From Tubulanus polymorphus (Eukaryota; Animalia; Nemertea), in the NCBI RefSeq assembly GCF_964204645.1, contig NC_134027.1:12122485-12186484 (forward strand): DNA of 64,000 nt. The letters run 5' to 3'. Position 1 is the stretch's first letter. Each line of letters opens with the position of its first letter. Positions 38,470-48,182 of this stretch are shown one piece after another. Both the position numbers and the translations under genes were made by a program. The notes under the pieces were generated by a model, which was not told the origin of the DNA, did no database searches, and saw only the letters and a program-made list of their open reading frames with translations.

Positions 38470-38742
38470 CAACTAGAATTCAACTAGAATGTTACTAGAA
38501 TTCAACTAGATTAACAAGCTAGTTGAAATATTGTTGTTTTTGTTTATTTCTTGTTAAATCTAGTTGATTTTTGTTCCAACTACCAATAACTCGAATTCAA
38601 CTAGAATGTAACTAGAATTAAACTAGATTAACAAGCTAGTTAAAATATTGTTAAATCTAGTTGATTTTTGTTACAACTACCAATAACTAGAATTCAACTA
38701 GAATGTAACTAGAATTCAACTAGATTAACAAGCTAGTTGAAT
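38470..38742. repeat. Non-coding CTAG-rich tandem/inverted repeat array inside the Polinton
   Basis: About 3 units of caactagaattcaactagaatgtwactagaattmaactagattaacaagctagtt. Confidence 0.85.
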
Positions 38743-39351
38743 TTAAATAAATTCATATTTAAATGGGTGTTGTAATCTAAATAGTAATTTTGATCTTTTA
38801 ATATTTTTCAACTTATCCATATATTCATTATGTAAATCATGTGGAATTATATCATTTTCCTCAAGTGCATTTTTCATCGATTTTCTATCTTTATTGTAGA
38901 ATAAAACTAGAAATCTAATGTTTTCTCTAAAGTCTTTAACAATTGAATTATATTTTTGATTTAAAACCCAAGTTGTTATCCCAAAATGTCTGCCAGAAAA
39001 AGCTAAATAGCATAACTCACTTTCTCTAACTTTTGAATCATGTAGACTAGCACAATCATCTATAATGAATAATGTATTTGATCCTTTATAAATATCAATT
39101 GCTATTTTAATACAATTATCTAAATTTTCTTCTACTGTTTTAGGATCTAATATAATAAATTTATTATTTCTAGTAATATTTCTATCATAAGTTTGATTAA
39201 ATTCATATGTTGGGCAAAATAATACTATATTATCAAAATAGTTTTCATAAACAGTTTCTAATAAATTTAATATAAAATAAGTTTTTCCACAATTTGTTAC
39301 GCCAGATATTAACATATTATGCGGCTCAAATATAAATAATTCTTTATTCAT
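38743..39351 (-). CDS. A32-like (FtsK/HerA) genome-packaging ATPase
   Basis: Walker A ISGVTNCGKT, Walker B LFIIDD, GRH motif, VLNQ. Confidence 0.92.
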   Translation of the reverse strand: MNKELFIFEPHNMLISGVTNCGKTYFILNLLETVYENYFDNIVLFCPTYEFNQTYDRNITRNNKFIILDPKTVEENLDNCIKIAIDIYKGSNTLFIIDDCASLHDSKVRESELCYLAFSGRHFGITTWVLNQKYNSIVKDFRENIRFLVLFYNKDRKSMKNALEENDIIPHDLHNEYMDKLKNIKRSKLLFRLQHPFKYEFI

Positions 39352-40477
39352 TTATATATTTTTAATTTTACTTGATAATATCCATTCATTGAATTTATCT
39401 GGCCATCCAACCCATTTTACTAAAGAATATTTTTTTCTTTTAATAGTTTTTGTTTTTAATACTTTTTCAATTTTATATTCTTGTTCTAGATTTTCAGTAG
39501 TTAAACTTAATTCTTCTTCGTAAAAGTAGCCATCAACTTCTTCACCATCTAAATCTTCTAATTTATAGACATATGGTTTTGTTGTTATTACCTTTTTTAT
39601 TTTATATATTTCTCTAGTAAAATTTCGATCGTATCCTTTATCAAATATCTTTTTATATCTTTTTATAACATTTTGACCAACTTTAAATTTAGGTTCACCT
39701 AAATCATCTACAAGAAATGCTCCATATAAATTATTCCAAACAATTTCAGCATTTTCAGGTTTTCTAGCATCAATAGGTTTCATTCCAATAGAAGAATGAT
39801 AAGAATTATTATATCCTTCTATCAATTTTGGTAAAACATCAATCCATTTAAAAGTATTATTTGCTGTAAAATATTTCCACATTCTTGTTCTTAATGTTCT
39901 ATTAAATCGTTCAACAACTGCTGCTTTTTTATCTGATATTGTTGAAAAATATCTAATATTATGATTGTCTAAGAGTTCATGAACAAGTGAATTATCAAAT
40001 TCTTTTCCATCATCAAATTGTATTTTTTCTGGTTTCAGTTTATCATCCGAAAGAAATTTTCTTAAAACATTTGATGTTTGTACAGCATCTTTTCTATAAA
40101 GTGGGAAGCTCCATACATAACGACTAAAAATATCAATTATATTCAATAACCACCAATAATCATCATTATCTTTCTTAACATTTTTCATATCAATTAAATC
40201 TCCTTGCCACTGTTGATCTACATAACTTACCATAGTTTTACGAGTTTTATATTTTCTAACAATTTTTTTATGTGTTGTGTATGTTGGTTGTTCTAACATA
40301 AATTCATTTATATCTTTATATTTAACTAAATTTTGTGGGATTATCTTATCTAATTTATCTTGTTTTACTTGACGCCATATATTTTTGGTAGAAGAAAAAG
40401 CAACCGAACTCTCAGGGTTGTAATATAAATTTCTTAAATATTGTTCTTTAGTATTAGGAGTTTTTTTTACCACCCAT
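39352..40477 (-). CDS. Retroviral-type (rve) integrase with C-terminal chromodomain
   Basis: WQGDLIDM, IDIFSRY, FDDGKEF, KAAVVERFNRTL, YNNSYHSSI, YKIEKVL..VKWVGWPDKFNEW; true start is probably TAAATG at 40477 with a 1-nt indel in the 40461-40468 homopolymer. Confidence 0.95.
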
Positions 40478-40507
40478 TTATATATCCTTAATTTTAACCT
40501 TATATTT

Positions 40508-41764
40508 CTAATATTGAACATTATCTAATTGTGAATTTACAATATCTAATTATGCGTCAGATATAATATAAATGTGCATTTTAAAATTTTTGATTCCTTT
40601 ATTCTTTGTCATGAATAATTGTATTCCATCTTTAGTGTTCTGTGATTTCTTCCCAGAACCATGTAATGAATTATCCTCTGTTGTTCTAAAATCTAACCAT
40701 AATGCATATTTATTACCGGTATAATAATCAATTTGATTAATGTTACAATTTTCAGATGATTTCACTTTTTCATTCATAAAATGTTTTCTAATTTCTGGCC
40801 ATTGATCAATCATTCTCATTCCTTGACAAAATATTTTATTTGCTATTCCTTCGATAGTTATTTCTACTTTTGTTATTTCAGGATTATAATAATTATCTAC
40901 CTTTATTGCTCCATTAGAATATGTTGCAATGGTAAAAAATATTAATATACCTTTAATAGATCTTCTTGGGAAGTTAATATTCTCATTAATTATTTCATCA
41001 TTTGCATTAATAGTTACAGTTTTAAATTTACTAATATAATCATATAATAATGAAAATCCTTGATTGTATTGAGTTTGAATTTTGCTAGCAATATTTTCAT
41101 TAGTTACTGTGTCATATTCTAAACATATATTCGATAATTTATAACCCATATCTTTAACAACGCTAGATAATACAATTTCATTTACAGGAGCAAATGTTAT
41201 CTCAAATATAATATCTTCTTGAATTGCGTATTTATATAAAGGTGCATTATTATTTATCAATTCAAAGTAATTATCAATTAATGGAATTTTATATTTGCTT
41301 CCATAAATCTTTTTAATCAAATTATCTACAGCATTAGTTACTATTGCGTCATTAGCTCCTGATCTTAATTTATTATGGTTTTCCGATTGAATACCCTGAA
41401 ATATCATATTATTTCTATTTTCTTTAGTTAACCATAAATCTTTATAATGCATAAATAAATTATAATCATCTAATGAGAATACTTTTTCTGGACCAATCTT
41501 TATTGTTAACTTTTTAATCAAATATCTTCCAACATTATCAACAACATAATTATTATCATTACCGGTTACTTGTATATCGGCTGATAATAAAATACTATTT
41601 GGAACATAAAAAGTATTTTGTGTTAATCGAGGAATTCTAACGTATAAAGTTTCATCAGGATTAATATTAGAAGGGTTATGAGTAATTATATGATGAGATC
41701 TTTCTGCTTTAATAGCATTAGATATTCTATGATTCTTAGAAGGATTGATATAACTCCCACTCAT
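40508..41764 (-). CDS. Major capsid protein (divergent double jelly-roll), premature TAA at 40550-40552
   Basis: ~417-codon beta-rich ORF next to the integrase and ATPase; reading through the stop gives IISDA*LDIVNSQLDNVQY; assigned from size, pattern and context. Confidence 0.72.
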
Positions 41765-41784
41765 TTATTTAACAAAAAAATTAA

Positions 41785-43209
41785 TTATTTATTTTTTATC
41801 ATGTTTACTAGCCCAAAAATAATTGCACTTACAACTGTAATTAAAAATAAAATAATATGTTCAGCAGCAAAGTTAATAATGTTTCCTGCAGATTTCAATA
41901 TGAAACCAACAATTGATGCAATAACTCCTGGTAATGCTGCAGCAGATTTTTTAGATAGTTCCCATAAATATTTTGCTAATTTCTTTAAACCATCCTTAAC
42001 TTTATCTTGTATAGAATTATTACCTGGGGGTTTATCTGGTTTATTGGGAGTAGGAGTAGATTTCAAAGCATTAGATATTGCTAAACCTATTGTTGTAAAT
42101 AACATAGTTACAGCTGTTAGAATTGAAAGAATTGTTATTCCTTCAAATTTAAATAATAATTCTATTCTATCTTTTAATGATATTTCAGAATTCGGTTTAA
42201 TCAACAAATCTTTAAAAATAACTTTTAATCTATTTATATTATAATCATATGATTTTAACAATAATTTAATTTCTTCTTTCTGTACATCTAAATTATCTTT
42301 TAAATTATTAATTTGTTTTTCTAAACGTAATTCTTTTTGCCTATATTCTATTTCATCAATTACTTGATGATCTAAATCAGACTTTAGTTGTTCTATTTCT
42401 TTATTTGCATTAGTTAATTCTTTTTCCAAATACATAATTTTTTGATCTCTTATACTTTTATTATGTGCAATTTTATCAGCTTCATTTCTTATACTAATAA
42501 TTTCTCTAATTGCTTCATCAGAAAATATATTTAAATCTTCTAATTGTTGATCTGTTGCATCAATTAATCCATTCGGTAAAAGTGTTTCAATTGAAACTTT
42601 ATTTGATTTAAGTTTACTAGTTTTGGAAGTTATATTCTGTTCAGATGTTGTTTCTGTTTCTGATTTCTTTTTGATTATTTCAAATAATTCATTAATTCTT
42701 TATTTAAATACGTCTATATCATTATCAGTTAATTCTTGTTTTATAACATCAGTTATTACATTACTATTACTAATTCTTTTAATTCTATCTGGATCTAATT
42801 TTCTCAAAGTTAATTTTGTTATTATTTTTTTTTTATAAGTGATATCAATATAATAATCATCTTTCAAACGATAATAACATTTACCATTATCTAAAAATTT
42901 TAATTGATCTGCTAAAAGTCCAACGTCTTCATCATTTATGTTAAGTTTAGATTTTTCAATTAAATCTTCTAATTTAGGTATTTTGTTTAAATTATCTAAA
43001 TCTTGTTTTACTAAACCTGGGTCTAAATTTTCAGGATTTAATTGTGATTCTGCATTTTTAATATAATCGGGCATATTTAAAGTATTATTATATCCTGGCT
43101 CATTACCGTCATTAGAACTTGTTTCACTAAAATCAGGTTGTTGTTCATCAGTTATGCCAGGTTCATCAAAAGGATCCATTCCAATATGTTCTCCACCTTC
43201 TACATCCAT
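41785..43209 (-). pseudogene. Coiled-coil protein with C-terminal TM helices, broken by an in-frame stop (~42700) and a frameshift
   Basis: ORFs 42700-43209 and 41785-42435 are bridged by an open frame ~42436-42680; a single TAAATG start at 43209. Confidence 0.7.
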
Positions 43210-43225
43210 TTATATAATAAAAAAA

Positions 43226-44524
43226 TTAAAATTTAAAATATAATATTCCTCCTATAACAATTCCTATATAAGTTAAAGCTAATTTAGTATTTTCATGTAA
43301 TTTATTATCATTATCAGTTTTAATTATATCATGTTGAATATCATCAGTTTTAATATTTTCTGTAGTATTATAATCCGGTTTAGAATCATTATTTAATTTA
43401 ATATTTTTAGTTTTAGTTTCTGTTGATTGAATACGTTTTTTATTTTTTTCACCTTCCATTAATTTTGGAGCAGTGATAATCTTTTTATTTATATCATTCA
43501 ATCCAAATGAATTATTTATTGTTGCGGTTTTAATTAGATTATTATAACCAATTATGTTTCCCATCTTTAATACTAAATCATTAGAAATAATAAATAGATT
43601 AGGGCCTATACAATAATTTAATCTAATATGTGATTTATCTAAATAATTTTGATATCTTACAATGTTTTCCGGAATCGATCTATTTTTATCATTATGAATT
43701 GAATCTTCAAATAATACTTTGAATTGTTTCTGCGCATCGAATGAAGTGTTATCATTTCCAATTATTGGGGATCTTGTTTCAACTTGCGCACCTAGAATAC
43801 ATATCAAATAAGTTCTAATAGATTGATTTATTCTTTGTATACCTGATTTTGTAAAACCTTCACCATTTTCTAAAATGAAATTAACCCAACCATTATTATT
43901 ATCAATGTTATAATTATGATAAGCTGAAATTCTATGCATATAATCAATTCTTTTTATTTCAAACTCTTCACCAACACCTTGCAATTTACCATGCGCTCTA
44001 AAATCGGAATTAATATTTATATTAAATTCATTACATATTTTATAAAACTTAGATAGATTAATATTATTATCCAATTCTTTAAAATATTTAGACCCGGGTA
44101 AAGGACATTCTAATTCATTTAATATTATTCTGATTTGAAAATATGTGTGAAATCTAAATATTGTGTGAATTAATTTTAAATCAGAATACTTCAAATTTTT
44201 ATCTAAGTTATTTAAATGATCATTCCAACTTATTCCGCATCCTGTTGTTGCACAATAAACAGCAAAATCTAATTGGTTCTGCCAATATTTCATATTAGAT
44301 TTTACTTTATATATATGATATTCATCTCGAGTAAAAGTAACTTCATATGTATTAAATATATTTTCCATTTTAGAAATAAAAAACTGTGATTCAGTAACAT
44401 AAATTTCTAAATTAGTTAATGAATTTAAAACTACATTTTTATATGTAATATTTTTTTTTAAATCTATTGCAGGAATATTATATTTAATTGATTTATTATA
44501 TTGGAAAGCTTTTGGAAACCCCAT
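43226..44524 (-). CDS. Polinton protein with C-terminal TM anchor, unknown function
   Basis: 432-aa ORF, TAAATG start, AVYCATTGCGISW motif, terminal ALTYIGIVIGGILYF. Confidence 0.8.
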   Translation of the reverse strand: MGFPKAFQYNKSIKYNIPAIDLKKNITYKNVVLNSLTNLEIYVTESQFFISKMENIFNTYEVTFTRDEYHIYKVKSNMKYWQNQLDFAVYCATTGCGISWNDHLNNLDKNLKYSDLKLIHTIFRFHTYFQIRIILNELECPLPGSKYFKELDNNINLSKFYKICNEFNININSDFRAHGKLQGVGEEFEIKRIDYMHRISAYHNYNIDNNNGWVNFILENGEGFTKSGIQRINQSIRTYLICILGAQVETRSPIIGNDNTSFDAQKQFKVLFEDSIHNDKNRSIPENIVRYQNYLDKSHIRLNYCIGPNLFIISNDLVLKMGNIIGYNNLIKTATINNSFGLNDINKKIITAPKLMEGEKNKKRIQSTETKTKNIKLNNDSKPDYNTTENIKTDDIQHDIIKTDNDNKLHENTKLALTYIGIVIGGILYFKF

Positions 44525-44540
44525 TTATATAATTAAAAAA

Positions 44541-44975
44541 TTAATAATTAACTAATTCTTTTAATAATTTATCTTGTTCTTCAACTGTTATATGGCCATT
44601 TAAATTTATTATATAATCTAGTGTATTCTTTAATTTATTAATTTCTTTTATATTAGTTTTAATTTTTTCTTTATTACTTTTTATATTTAATTTTGAACTT
44701 ATACCAGTTAAAACACTTGAACTTAATCCTAATACACCAATTGATATAGCTAAAGGTGTTAATGGACTGAATATTGCTAGAAATGTTATTAGAGAACTAA
44801 TTGTAACCGAACCACTTATAATCAAATAATATATAATTTTACTTTTTAAATATTTTTTCTTTTTTATCTTTAAGTCACTTTCAAATTCTAATATTTGTTT
44901 TTCTAAATATGTTTTTAATTTAGTTTTATTTATATCATGAGGAATAATATCAATATTATCAACTTTATCTTCCAT
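44541..44975 (-). CDS. Two-TM membrane protein
   Basis: TAAATG start; hydrophobic hairpin IIYYLIISGSV...AISIGVLGLSSSVL. Confidence 0.75.
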   Translation of the reverse strand: MEDKVDNIDIIPHDINKTKLKTYLEKQILEFESDLKIKKKKYLKSKIIYYLIISGSVTISSLITFLAIFSPLTPLAISIGVLGLSSSVLTGISSKLNIKSNKEKIKTNIKEINKLKNTLDYIINLNGHITVEEQDKLLKELVNY

Positions 44976-44995
44976 TTATTTAGCAAAAAAAATTA

Positions 44996-45418
44996 CTAAT
45001 TAGTAAACTTATAAGCAACAAATATAACAATAACTGTTCCACCTAAAATCAAAATTATTTCATATTTCTTCTGTTCATTACTTGGGGTATAATAATCTGA
45101 TAATTTAGGTTTGTATAGATGTAATTTTTCTTTATTGGTTTCCGCGTTATATAAACTCATTGCATCATCAACTGATTGAAAATCTCTGTGTGAAATCTTC
45201 TGATCATATAATTCTTTATTGATGTAATCCATATAGTTTTGTCTCTTTTCTCTATATTCTTCAGCTGCTTTATTGTATTTCTCTAATGCTAAGGTATGTC
45301 TTTTTTGTTCTGTAAATGAACCATTTTTATCAATATGCTTGAATAAATAACCACCACCAGTAAATGCTAAAGCGTTAACAATTGCCGATCCTATAATAGT
45401 TATAATTGCAGAAGCCAT
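44996..45418 (-). CDS. Membrane protein with N- and C-terminal hydrophobic segments
   Basis: TAAATG start; IITIIGSAIVNALAFTGG and IILILGGTVIVIFVAY. Confidence 0.75.
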   Translation of the reverse strand: MASAIITIIGSAIVNALAFTGGGYLFKHIDKNGSFTEQKRHTLALEKYNKAAEEYREKRQNYMDYINKELYDQKISHRDFQSVDDAMSLYNAETNKEKLHLYKPKLSDYYTPSNEQKKYEIILILGGTVIVIFVAYKFTN

Positions 45419-45442
45419 TTATTTAGTAAAATAATTACGCAT

Positions 45443-45664
45443 TTATATGGGAGGAATATATTTTTGTTTTTCCAAATAATCAATAGTTAAATTAGATAAA
45501 GTAACTGCTAATGTTAATTTTAAGAAATCATTTATATCAAATCTATCAACATTAACACTTCCCATTTTGAATACTTTTTTTAATACCATTGAATAACCAA
45601 CTGTTCCAACTGATAGTAATGCGCCATTATATAATCCAGTTATTATCCACTTATTATCACTCAT
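45443..45664 (-). CDS. Small hydrophobic Polinton protein
   Basis: TAAATG start; tightly packed with its neighbours. Confidence 0.65.
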   Translation of the reverse strand: MSDNKWIITGLYNGALLSVGTVGYSMVLKKVFKMGSVNVDRFDINDFLKLTLAVTLSNLTIDYLEKQKYIPPI

Positions 45665-45667
45665 TTA

Positions 45668-46021
45668 TTAATCAAAAAATTTACTATCTTCAAAATATTT
45701 AGTTATCTTAGTGATGATTATTTCAACATTTATTTTATTACTAGTTTCATTTGTATATATTTCAATTATTATTTTTTTAATATCATCGATGATAAAATCT
45801 TCATCTAATTCATAAAATCTTAAAGATTCTCTAATTAAATTAGTAATCTTTTCTACATTTAAAGTTTCTTTATCTATTGTTTTTTCATACTCAAATGTTG
45901 TTTCATTAGAAAATGCAATATTTTTAATATGTGTAATTACATCATTAATGTTAAATTTCATTTCTTTCTTACGTTTAAAATCAAAACCAAAACATATACT
46001 CGGTCCTACTGTTATATTCAT
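45668..46021 (-). CDS. Polinton protein, unknown function
   Basis: TAAATG start; tightly packed with its neighbours. Confidence 0.65.
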   Translation of the reverse strand: MNITVGPSICFGFDFKRKKEMKFNINDVITHIKNIAFSNETTFEYEKTIDKETLNVEKITNLIRESLRFYELDEDFIIDDIKKIIIEIYTNETSNKINVEIIITKITKYFEDSKFFD

Positions 46022-46037
46022 TTATATAGTGAAAAAA

Positions 46038-46796
46038 TTACTCTTTACATCTTATAACTAATTCATAAATTACGGGGAAATTATTTAAATCAATTAAGTG
46101 CCCATTATGATTTCTTATTTCTAATTTAAAATTATTAAATTGAGGAATACAAGGTTTAAAATCACATTCAGCTAAATTATAATTTATTTGCGTTCCAAAT
46201 TGTTTGACATTTTTCAATGGTAAAATATTTAATATACTAGAATGACAAATTGTATCTTTAGTTGCTTCAAATGTTTTTGTAGGATCGATTAAATTGCAAT
46301 AAATATAGAAATGTGTGTAAGGTATAATATTTGAATTACCGTCTACGTTTCCTGTAACAGTTTGTGGTTTAATTCCTAACAGTTTAGCTAAAGGTTTCCT
46401 TACCATAAATGCATGTTTGCTTTCATCATCTAACTTTATTTTGATTTTATCAGAACTATCACTTTTTATAAATTTAATTGAAAATTTATCTTCACTTTTA
46501 AGTTTTAATCGTGCTTTCCGATTAATTTCTTGGGCTAATGTTTCTAAATTATATAACCCTGGTTTTAACATTAGATAAAACCATTTATTTTTATTTTTCA
46601 TATGAATTGCAAAACCTCTATGTTCGAAAGTTTTATCCGATATATTATAAAAAGAATTACATAAACTTATATTTACTAATTTTAAATCTACACAATTCTT
46701 AAATTCTCTATTTAATTGAACTAGTAAATTATGTGATTTATAATTTGTAAGTTTTCTAGAATCAACAAATATTCTGTATTCTTTTAATTCTACCAT
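46038..46796 (-). CDS. Minor capsid (penton, single jelly-roll) protein
   Basis: IFVDSR..., NSFYNIS, LKPGLYN, FYIYCNLI, LEIRNHNGHLIDLNNFPVIYEL pattern typical of Polinton/virophage pentons. Confidence 0.8.
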   Translation of the reverse strand: MVELKEYRIFVDSRKLTNYKSHNLLVQLNREFKNCVDLKLVNISLCNSFYNISDKTFEHRGFAIHMKNKNKWFYLMLKPGLYNLETLAQEINRKARLKLKSEDKFSIKFIKSDSSDKIKIKLDDESKHAFMVRKPLAKLLGIKPQTVTGNVDGNSNIIPYTHFYIYCNLIDPTKTFEATKDTICHSSILNILPLKNVKQFGTQINYNLAECDFKPCIPQFNNFKLEIRNHNGHLIDLNNFPVIYELVIRCKE

Positions 46797-46864
46797 TATT
46801 TATAACATAAAAAAATTACCGCTCATCACTAAAAATCAATTTTAATAAAATTTTTCCTAAATAA

Positions 46865-48182
46865 ATGGATGAGAAGATAGCATGCGAAATTTGTGGTGAA
46901 CTTCTAAGAAAAAGTAATATGGCTCGACATATGAAAAAACATGATGAAAATTATAAACCCCCTAAACTAAACTGTCCAAAATGTAATAAATTATTCTCAA
47001 GAAATTATGTTAAAAAAACATTCAAAGAAGTGTAAAATTAATGGCGCAACGGCTAATGTTGATAGTAATGAAAGTAATAGTAATTCTGTTGAAGTTGAAC
47101 CTGAAGGTATTTGGAAAAGACCTTTCTTATTCTATGATAAGGATAATATAAAAGATCATATCTGTGAGCCTTGTCAAGTAAAATATAGCCCTGAAAATAT
47201 AGAAGATTGGGAGAATCATCAATTTCGTAAAGCACATATAGATAAAATTTCTAATAAATTTGAAACTGAATTCAATAAAAGAAAAGATAATTTATTAGAA
47301 AAAATAAAATATGAGAAAACGTTACCAGATAATAAAGAAACAGTTGAAAAGTTAGAAAAACAATATAATGAATTAACAAGAAAAACATATCATTGTAAAT
47401 ATTGTAAATTGATTATTAAAACAAGTAATTCAAATCTACATAATAGAACAATAAAACATAAAGAAAACGTAAGAAAATACCAGGAACTTAATGAAGATCT
47501 ATTACCAATAAATTATAAACGAAAATGTCCACAATGTAGTTATGCGACCTTAAGACAAGAAGGTACTGTGTTATTTTGTAATGAATGTGGATGGCAAAAG
47601 AATTTATGGAGTGAAGAAAAAACTAAAAATTTTCTCATAGATCCAAAATTAAATTATCTAGATGAAATTTTTAAAATATTTTCTATAGAAGATCATACAC
47701 CAGAATATATGCAATGGCTTGAAAAAATGAAAATAATAGAAAATAAAAATGGTGAAATAACTAAAAAAGATATTATAAAAACAATTATTCCGTCAACATT
47801 TAACACAAAACAAAAGAAAATGTATTTATATTTATTATTTAACGATTATTATGAAAAACCTAAATTAACAGAAGAAGATATGAAAAATATAAAAAAAATA
47901 TTCAAACAAATATTAATGTATCATTTGGAAAATAGAATAACAGATTCAATAAATTATGAATTCTTTTTAAATAAGATTGTAAATTATTTAAACCTAGATA
48001 TTATAATTCCATTTGATGAATTAACAAACAAAAAGAAACAAAGAGAGCGAGATGAAATGTGGAACAAGATAGAACTTTATTTAAATGAGAAAAATGAAAT
48101 GGAAGAAGAACCTAAACAATTAAATGAAAATGAAGAAGCCAATAGTGATTTCGAGAATGACGATATTGATTTTATGTTTTAA
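46865..48182 (+). CDS. Zinc-finger protein with C-terminal poxvirus A2/VLTF-3-like late transcription factor domain; frameshift in the A-run at ~47012-47018
   Basis: TAAATG start at 46865 (CEIC..HMKKH, CPKC); CPQC-x13-CNEC ribbon, KNFLIDPKLNYL, IKKIFKQI..SINYEFFLNKI..DEMWNKI match vaccinia A2 as recalled. Confidence 0.78.

Noticed and set aside
38470-38742. CRISPR-like array
   Set aside because: The units have no unique spacers and there are no cas genes; eukaryotic viral context
40478-40521. Annotated integrase N-terminus MFNIRNIRLKLRIYKW
   Set aside because: It overlaps the read-through C-terminus of the capsid gene; the TAAATG start at 40477 plus a homopolymer indel explains it better
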